A stretch of DNA of 64,000 nucleotides from Vicugna vicugna (GCA_013265495.1 MU061538.1:1428001-1492000); one strand, 5' to 3'; counted from the first letter of the stretch, positions 48,905 to 60,415 are shown. Made by a program: numbers and translations. The notes: generated by a model from the letters alone, not told the origin.

Positions 48905-49700
48905 TTAACTGAGAGTTTGAGTGAATAATTTATTCCATGAGGATCTGCTCCAGGACATTGTCCTTTACAACGATGTGATTACAAAGAAACATGTCGTCTG
49001 GGACTTTGCAGTGATGATCGTACAGGACTGGAAGAAAGATGGAAGAGATGGCCCTACTTTACAGACAAAACAGCTTTTCCCTGATAAAAAAAGTCTGATG
49101 CCTCCAAGTGAGTTCTCAAAGGCAAAACTAGACTGACTGTACTTTCTGCGAGGATTCTCTTTACTTCAGGACCAGAAAAGTAGGTGGAGAAATTAACAGC
49201 ATCAAAAGAACAGGACACATTGTGACGCTGGATTTGACTGTATCTACGGGGTTTCTAGAAGCAAGATGATCTCGGTGAAACAGGGCTGTCTGGTGAGTTG
49301 TGAGTAAAATTTAATCCACACAGATGGTGTGGCTGTCCACCTGGTACTTACAGCCTCTAGACAAGCGAGGCTGCATTATCATGATGAGGATAAACCCAGG
49401 CCCGACCTGGGAGGGGGCATGGCTCAGGGAGATGCTCGGGATGGACCACCTCTGACGCGGGTCCAGCTACTGTCCGTGCCGCCGCGGGATTTCGGCGAGT
49501 GTCCTTCCAAGAGTGTCCTTGAGGCGCCACCCTGGCCTTTCCTTTGAAAAAATGTAACGCCAAAACATTCAGACCAAATTCTGCTTAGGAAGCCAGTGTC
49601 CACAGGGCTTCTGAGCTCCCCAAACTGGGAGAAGAGCGAAAATATTCAGCTACTAAAAGGGGAAAGAGAGCAAGACAGACCAGCAATGGGAATTCCGTCT

Positions 49701-49783
49701 GGGAAGTGGGCACAGCTCTGCGGGAGAGTGTGTGCTTAGCATGCACGAGGCCCTGGGCTCAGTTCCCAGTGCCTCCATTAAAA
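49701..49783 (+). mobile_element. tRNA-Ala-derived SINE (vic-1-like), short form
   Basis: cagctctgcgggagagtgtgtgcttagcatgcacgaggccctgggctcagttcccagtgcctccattaaaa; degenerate TSD ggaattccgtctgg / ggaagttccatctgg. Confidence 0.9.
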
Positions 49784-50469
49784 GGAAGTTCCATCTGGTC
49801 ACTTCTCTGTTTTTGATTCTGGTGGAGTCCGTAAGATTTAAGGTAAAAGAGGCAGGAAGTAGAATATGCGGCTTCTGGCTTCCGGTACGCATCCAACCTT
49901 GGTCTCTGCAAGGGGGACGTAGCTAAATCTGCAGTTAGCTTCTTATTTTCATGAGTCAGCAAGTGTTTAAGGCAAGCCGCTTTCCTGGGCCACAGGGTTA
50001 GGTGCTGCTGCTTACGTGAAGGTCTAACCTGAGAACCCTCACCTCCAGACTCCACCGTGCAGGTGCTCACAGGTGCAGAGAAACCTGTCTGTCCCTCTCC
50101 TCCACTTTCAGTTGTCAGTACAAAGTAAGCGCTAATGACAATGCTGCTTCACTGCTTGCAGGTGAATTCTGAATTCCATTAGGCACCGCGCGGCTTCCTC
50201 CTTCCTAGTCAGTCCTGTGAGCTTCTGCAGGTTACCTGTAAACTTAGATGCCGTCACCTCGGTCTTGAAGGTGGTCAGTGGATGAAAAGGCAGCAGTGCC
50301 TTTCTGGGCAGAGAAATTAATTTCTCTAATGAACTGTGGTAAAAACTAGCTTGCTTTGCATTTACTATCAAAAACAAATACAAAATAAGAGGCCTCAAAA
50401 GACAAATATAAATGTACTATCAAAAAACCACTGCAAGATACAAGACATCTTTTAGAAAAGAAGCGAGTC

Positions 50470-51150
50470 CCCGGACTTTGGTTACGTGCAGGTTTCCGGG
50501 CGGAACTTGTAAGCCTTGCGTTGGGCGCTGCCGTTTCCTGGCGCGCGGGGAGTACTCCAGCTTCCCTCCGCTTGCGGGGGCCGTGGCCGAGGAGCAGTGA
50601 CGTGCAGATTCCCACGGGGTTACCAAGAAGAGGACTTGGTAAGGCCGCGCTCTGTGGGACGCGGTGACTGCGGGCTGGGCGGACGCGGGGAGGAAGGCAG
50701 ACCGCGAGGTCCGAGGGAGACCTCTGGCCGCGGGAGTCGCTCCGCGTCTTGACTTGGGGCCGTGGGCTGACACACGGGGCTCACTGAGCTGGACACCGCG
50801 GGTTTGGCCAGCATCACGCCGGATGCTGACCTCCTCCGGGGGGACCAGCCTGGCTGGCTGTGTGCCCTGCTCTCTGCGAGCGGGACAAGGACCGAGCCCT
50901 CACGGGAGCGCTCTTCCTCCCGGAGAGGAGGAGATGCTCTTCGGTGAGGAGAGGGGCGGCGTGAGAGGCGGTGAGCAGGGCTGAGGTTAAGCCGGGGAGC
51001 GGCCCTGACGCAGATGCCGCAAGTGGAGACGGACCCCCGTGAGCACGCAGTGAACAGGATGAGCCTCCGCTGGGTCTGCTGACGGTCCCCGAGAGGGGGT
51101 GCGACCGCGAACCTGGAGGAGGATGTTAGCGACCGTACATCCCCCGGCTC
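50470..51150 (+). promoter_or_regulatory. CpG-island-like region, possible promoter/first exon
   Basis: Dense CpG in non-repeat sequence; ttccgggcggaac (ETS/GC-box-like, 50494-50506), tggcgcgcg, tgacgtg (50598), donor-like TTG|GTAAGG (50639). Confidence 0.4.
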
Positions 51151-51759
51151 AGGGTTGCAGCATTTAAGTCATAAATATTGAAATGTGTTCCAATGTTTTG
51201 TTTCTTCCTGGAAATGCAAATTCCACGTTCAAAATAATTCTCCCCTGTTGCTTCTTCAGTTAAGATATCTTTCTTTTTTGGTTTTGTTTGTTTTGGTTTT
51301 TCGTCGTTGTTTCGTATGAGATTAAAAAAACCAAAACAAAACAGGTCTGTAAAATCCTGTGGAAACATCTGTCGGGGAGAAGCGGCATCTGGGCTGTCAG
51401 CTAATTGTATCCCAGGTGCGGGGGTTGGACTGCCACCTGGGCGTGTGTTGTGGTCCTGAGAGGGGACATGGGTTAAGGACGTTGGGCGCCGAGTGGGGGT
51501 GATGGGAGGGATGGTGCGGTGCAGGCACAGCCCAGGAAAAAGGGGATGCACTAGCACCCTTAACTGGCCTCGGGGTTTGTGCCACTGTGGTCGCTCCGTC
51601 CTGCGCTGTGTAACCTGAAAGGCTGCAGAGCGTTTGGGTCTCGGCTGATGCTGAGCCCAGAAGGGAGTCAGACCGGGCCAGGTGGCGAGACGGAAGCCCG
51701 GCTGAGGCTGGGTCGCGGCTGAGCAGGGAGCTCTCGTTCCATTACTTTCTCAATTATTT

Positions 51760-52120
51760 TCTAAGAATTGTTGAGCTTTTCTTCAGATTACCTTTAAATT
51801 ACCTGAAATCTGTGTCATATTCAAAATGAATCTTCAGAGCAAGCTTATCAACAACACATGCATTTTTAAAGACCTCATTAAAATAACGATCCGCTAAAGC
51901 CCGTAGTTCAGAAATAAATTTAGGAGCTAAATTAACGGAAAAGCAGAGAGAGGGGGAAGGAGATAATTACCATGACGTGTCACGCAGAGTGTTATTTAAT
52001 TAACCATAATAATAAGAATTATGGGCTGTTCCACATTTGCAATTTCTTAGCTATTTAGTTTGCCGTGAAATATTAAAACGGAAATAAAAGAGGAACAAAA
52101 AGAATAATTGAGTTGAGAGC
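51760..52120. promoter_or_regulatory. Candidate conserved non-coding element/enhancer
   Basis: TE-free AT-rich block with many TAAT/ATTA cores and atgacgtgtcac in a GC-rich neighbourhood; conservation not tested. Confidence 0.4.
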
Positions 52121-52829
52121 GTTATAGTGAGCGTGCTGATCCCTCCTTCCCGCTGCCAGACTGGTCACTGTCGGAATCTCTCGTTGGGATGGTCATGTCA
52201 TGTGCTCTTAAAGGGCCCACGCTCCTGTGTCTTTAAGACCAAGAGAGCGAGCCCTGGGCCCTGGGGTGGGGATGCAGGTGGAGGGGTGGGGAGGAGAGGT
52301 GCGTGGGACCGTCTACAGTTTGGGGGTCCTGTCCAGCCCCATGTGCTCACTAGTATTTGAGACGTGCAGACTAATGAAGTTCACTTCAGTTTTATTCCTT
52401 CCTCTTAGACTTGCCCGTGGGGCTTGGGGAGGGCTGGGCCCGACATAACCAGAGTCGCCTCGTTAGCCTCTGCCCGCCGGCCGCTGCGGAGTGCTGTTCG
52501 GGCTCTAAGGCAGAGGACGATGAGGAAAGACCATTTGATGGGAGGTGTGAATTTCAGTGTTATCTGTAAGCTATTGGCCAAAAAAGTAGGCAGTTGCTTT
52601 TTACTGAATAAAACTATGTCCCTATAAGCATGGAGTCTTTTATTAAAATTAGAATTTTCGTCTTTGCACTTCACTTGTAATTCAGGTACTTTCATTCAAA
52701 CCCGCATTTCCGTAAGAACAACGTTATAAGTGGTGACGAGGTTCCTAGACCAGCCCACGAGGCGTATTTCAGCGGAAAACGCAGCTGTCATGCCTCGGCT
52801 GCTGGGTAAGTAGCAGACATGACGAGAGG

Positions 52830-53130
52830 TTCCATGGGTGAGTGATGCCGTGTGATGTCTGTCTCTCTCCTTCTGGCTGACTTCACGTAGAATGACGATC
52901 TCCAGCTCCATCCACGTTGCTGCAAATGGCATTGCTTCATTCTTTTCTTGTGGCTGAGTCGTGTTCCACTGCATAAATACACCACAGCTTCTTTACCCAG
53001 TCCTCTGTCAGTGGGCATTCAGGTTGCTTCCATGTCTCGGCTGTTGTAAATAGTGCTGCTGTGAACACTGGGGTGCAGGTGTCTTTTTCAGTTCGGGTTC
53101 CCTCGGAATACACGCCCAGGAGCGGGATTG
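52830..53130 (-). mobile_element. LINE-1 ORF2 C-terminal fragment
   Basis: ORF 52696-52974 contains KNEAMPFAATWMELEIVILREVSQKERD. Confidence 0.92.
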
Positions 53131-53629
53131 GGAAGGGAATTTCTGAACCTTTAAAATCCTGTGGCGATTGAAAGCACTAACTCTTTATTATGTATAATTT
53201 AATTGAAAAAACTTGGAGCTCTCTTTCCCTTTATCCGGTCATGCCACTATCATTTCTCAGTTCTGTTTGTCAAGAATTTCATTTCATTTCCAAGCATTAC
53301 TTTCCCTACTCCTTAAAAAAAAAAAAAAGATCTCCTTCGAGACTGATGTCTGGTCACAGTGCTTTCTGTCATTTCTGCTGACCTGGTGTAACAAACGTTA
53401 AATGTCCCCACATATTGACTGAAGGTTTTGCCACCTTCCCGAGGACATCCCCTCCTTTTCCTGGAGCCTGGCCCCTTTCTGCAGCCCCCACTGTGCTCAG
53501 TGCACACAATCTCAGGCTCAGATGGTTGATTAACAGAGAGGATGTGCAGGGACCAGGAGTAGGGGTCTCGGAGGTCCCCAGGTCGGTGTGTCTAAAGGAG
53601 ACTGGAGTTAAAGGTCAGCTGGCCCGGTG

Positions 53630-53855
53630 AGGCCACGGCAGCTGCTCAGACAATGGCAGAACCGGGAAGTGGGGAGCTGGATGGATGAGTCTATACAAGC
53701 CAAGGGATGTTGAGAATGCCAGCGACACCAGGAGCTGAGAGAGGCTGCATGGACCCTCCCCGGGGCCCCGCTGGCACCTTGCTTTCAAGCTTCTGGTCTT
53801 CAGACTGTGAAACAGTAGGTGTCTGTTGTTTTAAGCCACTGGTTATGGTCAGGCG
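53630..53855 (+). mobile_element. MLT1 (C/D-like) LTR fragment
   Basis: tacaagccaagggatg...gccagcgacaccaggagctgagagaggc...gctggcaccttgctttcaagcttctggtcttcagactgtga...ctgttgttttaagccac. Confidence 0.8.
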
Positions 53856-54009
53856 AGGGCCCACTTGCTTCCCTACTCAGTGAGGAAGGGGGAGAGGATC
53901 CCTTAGACTTTTGGAGCCACGCCTGGAACTGGAGGCCACCGAATTTCTTTCTTTCTCAGAGGAAAACACACATGTATGTAAGTCCACGGGTGGTTTGGTG
54001 TCTTCGATA

Positions 54010-54360
54010 GCTTTCAGCTCATCTTTCTGCTCAGGGTCCGTATGGTTTCCATCCTCAGGCTACCTCATGGTAAAAGGTGGCTGCCAGGATGCCAGCCATT
54101 GTATTTGTGTTGCAAGTCGAAAGGCAGAACACTTTGAGGGTGGTGCCTCTGGCTGAGTCAGTTTCCTATAAGTGTCTTTCTAGAAGTTTCACTCAACATT
54201 TCTACTTAAATCTCATTGGATTTGCTTGTTGAGCTAACCCCAGCTCCAAAGGAGGCCGGGAAGTGTAGAGCTGCTAGCAGGTGGCTGCATGTCTTGTCAA
54301 AATTGGGGGCTGTTGGAAGAAGAGGAGAACAGAGTTTAGGAGGCACCAGCAACCCGAGCT
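54010..54360 (-). mobile_element. MLT1 (J/K-like) LTR fragment
   Basis: ctcatggtaaaaggtggctgcc...ttctacttaaatctcattgg...ccccagctccaaaggaggccgggaagtgtag...caaaattgggggctgtt. Confidence 0.7.
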
Positions 54361-54839
54361 TTGACAGCAGAACCGCTGTTACCTTCATGGGAGGTGGAAT
54401 GAGCTGTTTTTCGGGATGTCAGCCTGCTCTGACTTAGCTTCCTCCTCCCTCGGTAAACTGACTTCACTTTTAACTGATGTACCCATGATCAGTCGGTACG
54501 TCAGTGAGAATAACTCACGGAGTAACTCTTGAGCAGGTCGGAACGGCCAGGGCGCTCTGGCTGTTAGTCAGCAGAGTCGAATGGCCCTGCTGCTCGGTGG
54601 GGTCTTCCTTCCTGGGGAGCTGGCAATGTGAACGTCCTAGAATCACCGACTGCTGAACCCGTCCAAGCCTGAGTTCCAAACATCATTCAAACCTCCTTGA
54701 CACGTTCTTCAATAAAATCAGCTCATTCTAAACATTACAAAATACTCTTCGGGGGGGTCCAGTTTTAATTACCTTTCTTCCTTTTTAACTTGCTCTCCAT
54801 CAGCTTAAAGTTTTAGAAGATGTGGATTTTGCTAGTTCT

Positions 54840-56135
54840 TTTTTAAGGTAAAATTGATGCATTTTGTCTAGATACAGTCAAAGAGGAAAGTCGACAGTAA
54901 GCAGTGGAAGCCTGGCCCTGGCTCGGCTCCCTGGCCCGCGTGGCCGCTGCTGGCCATTGCCCGCAGCCCTCGGGTGAGCGCGTGCATGTGGGCGCGCCAT
55001 CTTCTCTTCAGGCAGCCCTCTGCAGCTTGCCCCTTTCGGTCTGTGAGGCACCTTGGCTGTCTTTTCCTGGCAGTTCACACAGGTTGGCCTCACCTGTCCA
55101 GACGGTCCCAAGACACCCCAGCACCTGCCTGTGTCCTGGGGGAGTGACGGTGCCCAGGAAGCCGCCTGTGTCTGACGGTCCGTGGTTGCGCCCGGCGCTG
55201 CAGTGACCAGCCGCATACACACCTGAGCCTGTTTGTGTAAACTTGTCTGTAGGTTAAATTCTCTTTTTTAAATTTTTTGAGGCAAGTGTGGTTGATTTAC
55301 AATGTTGTGTTTCTGGTGTACAGTGTAGTGAGCCAGTTATACGTACATACTCTTTTTCATATTCTTCTTTCATTATAGACTATTATAAGGTATTTTTATA
55401 AAATATTTTAATTGAAGTACAGTCAGTTTCCAGTGTGCAGCATCGTGTTTCAGCCGTACGTATACACACATACATTCCTTTTCAGATTCTTTTTCATTAT
55501 AGGCGACTACAAGATATGAATATAGTTCCCTGTGCTCTACGGTGTAAACGTGTTATCTATTTTCTATATAGTAGTGAGTACCTACAAATCTTGGGCTCCC
55601 CACTTACCCCCTCATCCTTACCCCCTTTCCTGTGCCTGTGAGTCTGCTTCTGTTCTGTGAATAAGTTCATTTGTGTCATCTTTTTAAGATTCCACGTATA
55701 AGTGATATTATGATATCATGGTACTTTTCTTTCTCTTCTTGGCTTTTACTTCACTTAGAATGACGATCTCCAGGTCTGTCCATGTTGGAGCAAATGGCAT
55801 TATTTTAATCTTCTTTATGGCTGAGTAGTATTCCATTGGATAAATACACCACAGCTTCTTTATCCAGTCATCTGTCAACATTGTAAGGCGTCGAATGTCA
55901 TTCCCTGTGCTACACAGTAGGACCTTGTTGTTAGGGTAAATTCTTACTGGTAAAAATGTTGGGTCAAATGTTACATGTGCTTTAGATTTTATAAATAACG
56001 TTAAAGTTCTCTCTAAAGGCAGTTTGTACATAAACTATTATATTCCACCCCAGCACACGAGAGTTTACCCCACATTCTTATCAATGCCGCGTACTGCTCA
56101 TTTTCAACCTTTTGTCCAATCTGATCAGTAAAAAT
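54840..56135 (-). mobile_element. Old L1ME-like 3' end (host of two nested L1s at 55263-55931)
   Basis: tgcagcttgcccctttc...gcgctgcagtgacca...tctgtaggttaaattct | ...ttgggtcaaatg...ttccaccccagcacacgagagtt...ttttgtccaatctgatcagtaaaaat. Confidence 0.7.
55263..55931 (-). mobile_element. Two nested lineage-specific L1 3' ends
   Basis: Outer L1 55263-55394 resumes at 55893-55931 (TSD taggttaaattct 55250-55262 / tagggtaaattct 55932-55944); inner L1 55395-55879 (ORF 55708-56031 has DDWIKKLWCIYPMEYYSAIKK.KIMPFA.TW.DLEIVILSEV). Confidence 0.88.
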
Positions 56136-57266
56136 TTGCCTGAGAAAATGTAGTTGCCCATCTATAGGCAAATAGACAAGGAACATGAATAATCAGAAAA
56201 AAATGCAAATAGCCCTGTGCTCAAACTCCTAAGATCAAGATGGACTTGCATGTCCATCGGGCGTAATTCCTTGCTATGTGAACTCACGGCCAACGTCCCT
56301 GACGGCGGCTTGTCTGGCCTGCACTGCACGTCTCCAAAGACGGTGTCTCTGGGTCCAGTCTGTCGTTGACTAAATTTAGCAATTAACAGGGGTATTGCTT
56401 ATTTTGAACAACAACAGTAAACAACATATGCATCACACAGCCTCAACATCTTTCGTAAATGTCTTTTAATTTTAAAAGAGATTTGGCTTACATGTTGCAT
56501 CTTTCCCCACTTTTTGAGTAGCTTGATTTGTGTTTGTCAAAGCCAGAAAGAACATTGCCCGGAAGCACATCGCAGCTCGAGGCTGAAGCGGAGCTTACAG
56601 ACAAGCACAGCAACCTGGGGGACGAGAAAAACGGGCTCAAGGAGCGTTCTACGTGAATTTGCTGATGATCGCTCCCAAATGAATTATTAAGGGGAATTTA
56701 AGGATGATCAAAAAAAGTCTTCATTTTTTGAGGTGCCTGTAATGAGGGAAAAATATGCTTTCTGTAAATCAAAATCAACAATAAATATGTATAGTCGGGC
56801 AGGCCCTGTGTGAAACAGGTTGAGGAGAGAGAAAGGGATGGGATGTGACTTCTGGGAACGCCGGCTCCGCTCCCCCGCCGTCCACAGTCGGCGAGAGCGT
56901 ATTGCTTTTGCGAGTGGTTTCTCCCGAGAGATGCCCCGGAGAGTTCGGAAGCGGGGAGGGTACGAGGACCAGCCCCAGGACCCACCCTGCTGGGAGGGAG
57001 GCTGAGCCCACGGGAGCTCTGAGGCTGGAATGGTCCTTTGGAGCCGGTACCAACTGGGGCCCGGGGCGGGGCCTTTGTGTCCCAGGGCAGCCGACCACGG
57101 ATGCAGGCTGGGTGGGGGGGGCGTGGCCTTGGGTGAAGCAGCCCCTGGAAACTCCCCATTGGCTGAGGAAGCAAGTCTTCCCACCTGAGCTGGTCCTGGA
57201 TGGGATGGTGGGCACCAGGAGGAGGGACGCAAGGGAGCAGACACTGCGCTTAAAAGCCCTTCCCTT

Positions 57267-57405
57267 GGGGGGAGGGTAGAGCCAGTGGTAGAGGGCGTGC
57301 CTAGCATGCACGAGGTCCTGGGTTCAACCCCAGGACCTCCGTTAAATAAATAGATAAATGCAACTAATTACCTCTCCCATAAAAACAATACCAAAAAATT
57401 TGTTT
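57267..57405 (+). mobile_element. tRNA-Ala-derived SINE (vic-1-like), long form
   Basis: ggggggagggtagagccagtggtagagggcgtgcctagcatgcacgaggtcctgggttcaaccccaggacctccgttaaataaatag...ctaattacctctccc; TSD-like aaagcccttccctt / aaatcccttcctt. Confidence 0.93.
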
Positions 57406-57559
57406 AAATCCCTTCCTTGTCCACGGACTGTGAGTCATCTGGGAAAATCTGCTCTGGGAGCGGCATGTATGTGTATGTGCAGAAGACAGCGCTAGCGTAC
57501 GGGCACCCGCGCACCACAGAGGCCGCGGGCCGCCGCCGGGGGCGCCGTCCCGACTTAGC

Positions 57560-57740
57560 CTGGCTGGGTTCACACGCCAGCTTTGCCGCCGCTAGCCGAG
57601 CGACCTTGGCAGCCCACGTAACCTCTCTGAGACTCACCCTCCTTAACTGGAAGGTGGAATGGGGGCCTCACCTCGTGGGGTCGTGGTGAGGACGGGTGAG
57701 TTAGTGCACGTGCGCTCTCAGCCCAGAGCCTGACCCCGGG
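57560..57740 (+). mobile_element. MIR SINE, GC-shifted
   Basis: ctgggttcacacgccagctttgccgccgctagccgagcgaccttggcagcccacgtaacctctctgagactca...cctcacctcgtggggtcgtggtgagga. Confidence 0.75.
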
Positions 57741-58087
57741 ACACCCGCCCCTCTCTTCCTCCCCAAGGCTTTTTCAGTGCAGGTGTCGGTTCCGACTAGT
57801 CCCATCGGAATCTGGGCGGAGATGTGCCTGGAGAAGGGCTTGCTTCCTCGACAGGCTGACTCACCTCTCCAGGTGGTCCTCTCCTCGGACACCACGTCTG
57901 TCAGCTGCAGAACGGCCCTGGAAAGATGGGAGCACCAGCCCCTCTGCAGGTCTCCCGACAGGGACCCCACCTCCCCTCTTCCCCGTGACAAAACTTGGGC
58001 GTTGGTTTAGGGTTGATGGAGACCCCTGCAGTCCCGGAAGGCCCGGTCCCCAGCGTCCCCCACAGGCAAACCCTGGCCAGTCCAAGT

Positions 58088-58277
58088 CGGGGCTTCTCAG
58101 CCAGCGCCGTTGTCATTCGGGGCCTGCCACGCCTCTGTCGTGGGGCTGTGCTGTGTGGTGTAGGACGTTGGTAGCACCCCCGGCCTCGACCCGCGAGATG
58201 CCAATGGCATCCCTCCCCCAGATGCAACAACCAAAAATGTCTCCACACGTTGCCTGCTGCCCGTGGCTGAGAACCAA
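58088..58277 (-). mobile_element. MER20 (hAT-Charlie MITE)
   Basis: ggggcttctcagcc...ggggctgtgctgtgtggtgtaggacgttggtagca...caacaaccaaaaatgtctccacacgttgcc...ggctgagaacca; TSD-like gtccaagt (58080-58087) / gcccaagg (58278-58285). Confidence 0.88.
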
Positions 58278-60227
58278 GCCCAAGGTGGTCCTGGTCCTCC
58301 TGCTGCCAGATCCACGCTCTCCGGTTCTGCAGGCACTCGAGGGGGCAACGGGGAGCGGAGCGAACTCGGGGGGGCTGCAAGGGTGTGTAGTCTTTCTAGC
58401 AGAAATGAGCCTTGTTGGGAGAACCCTCTCTCCTGCTCCTCCTTCCAAATGAGGTGCTTGCGTCAGGGAAGGAGCCCAGTCCCCGGAGCGGCTCCCCACA
58501 GCTGGCAGCGGCGGCGGAGGTCGTGGGACCCGGGACGCCGTGTACCTGACACTCTGAGCCAGGGGCCCGCCGCGGACACGCCTGACGGGTAGTCGCCACT
58601 GTCGGTGTTTCATCCGCTGCGACCAGGGCGTCCCATCCTGGCAGCCCGAGTCATCCTTAACACGTACAGAGAGCTTCCTGGACATTCATCCTGAAGTGCT
58701 GGCTCATCAGATCCTCTGAGCTCCGGGACAGGCCCTGTCTGCTTTCTAAACCAAACACGGTTTTATGGTGGTTTTGTTCTATCATCGACTTTATCGTCTA
58801 AGGCTGAAAAGCTCTGTTTTCAAAAACAATGTTAGGTTTCCTCTGAAGGGGCGAGACGTAACTGGCTATGGTCCGTGTCTTCGCCTGTGCCCTGGCTGTG
58901 CGCCTGTTTGACCCCTGCGATGCACGCGTGTGGGTGTGAGGTGGGACCTGTTGTCAGACGTGAGGGACTGTGCTCCCGGCCTTGTGGGGCTTTCATAGGC
59001 GCCTGCTCTGCCTGGCCCTGCGTGAGCTTCTGTCACTGAGCTCTCTGCCTGCTGTCTGCCTTTCCTCCGATTGTGGCTGGAATCCATGGCTGGAAGGACC
59101 ACACAGATCAGTGGACTCACTCTCCGTGCTGAGCAGAGAGGGAAGCTGACCCAGGGGGTTGGGCCCCTCCGCTGCGTGGGTGGCGGGGCTGGGAGCCGGC
59201 TTCCCTCTGGACCTTGGCATCTCTCCCCGTTGTGACTGCTCTCAGATTCCTTGCTCCCGCCCAGGTCTCTCCGCCCGCACCTCACGTCCTGAATCGTCCA
59301 TGCAGCCATGTCACCCGGTCCTCCAAGTGCTGTCCCAGGGCCGTGGTGGACACGCAGAAACCCCGCTGTCGGCCTGCCCATGAAGAGCCCTGGGGACTGG
59401 ACCCCTCTGGTCAGCTGTCACCATGATCGAAGGCCAGCACGCACCCCTGGGGGCTCTCTCCTCCTTGGCGGGCCTTTGACGGGGATGCGGTGGGACAAAT
59501 CGGAGACGGGCAGAATGAGCTCTTTCGGTACCTGTGCATGTGGTTTGCCTGCCCCGCACTCTCACCTTCAGCGTGTGAGCGCCCTCACGGTGCAGGTGCA
59601 CAGCGAACGGGGCAGCTGGTTCTCACACACGGTGAGGGAGGGTGTATGCCTCAGGTAAGTCGGCGGCCAGGCCCTGGGTGCCAGCGCAGGGCTGGTTACC
59701 TGGTCCAGGTCGTTCTCAGCAGTGGCCTGAACCACGGCAAGGATTGCTGGTCTCTCTTCCCCCAACACGTGAGCGTGAACCTGACCGGCCGGCTGGTGTC
59801 TGTACCCTGTACCCAGCACCTTATTTCGGGAGGTTGGTGATTTCCGGTCTCCAGATCACATCCTGCCTGTGGAAGTGGCCAGGAGCCTGTCGTGCTGCAC
59901 CCCGTCCTCATGTGGACGTGCCTGTAGTCTCTGAGTAGCCGGCTAAGTGCCGAGTGGAACGGGGATGCGCAGAAACGCACATGAGTTATCAGTCACTTCT
60001 GTTATGACCCTCGCTCTGGTGGACGACGTCCCGACAAACCCGCACAGCCCGCGTCTCCTGCCCTGGGACCGGCCTGGGTCTGGAGCCCAGAGCAAGCTGA
60101 GAATGGATGTCTTAGTTCAGGAAGCTCCCAAACACCCCTTCTGTAAGTTGAGCGTTCGCTAATTACTGAACTTTCATCATAAAATGAAAACCTGATTGGA
60201 AGGTAATGGAAAACAGGTTGCTCTTCT

Positions 60228-60415
60228 AATTTTTAGAATTAGAGCATAGTTAACGTGCAGCACCGTCTGAGTTACAGGTGCGCAGCCTAGCGATCCACGG
60301 TGTTGAGAGGCCACGCGCCACGTCTCGTGATCGTGATGCGCTGGCGGTGTCCCCGCGTCGCCCAGGGTGTCCTTGTAGCTTATTTTGCACGTGGCGGTTT
60401 GTGCCACTCAGTCCC
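60228..60415 (-). mobile_element. Artiodactyl-type L1 3' UTR end, strongly GC/CpG-shifted
   Basis: Anchors gagcatagtt, agttacaggtg, tccttgtagcttatttt and gtttgt match the recalled cetartiodactyl L1 3' end. Confidence 0.75.

Noticed and set aside
57267..57345. tRNA-Ala gene (also 1661, 30075, 49701)
   Set aside because: Diverged tRNA-like heads with A-rich tails, and TSDs in three of the four copies, indicate SINE copies rather than functional tRNAs.
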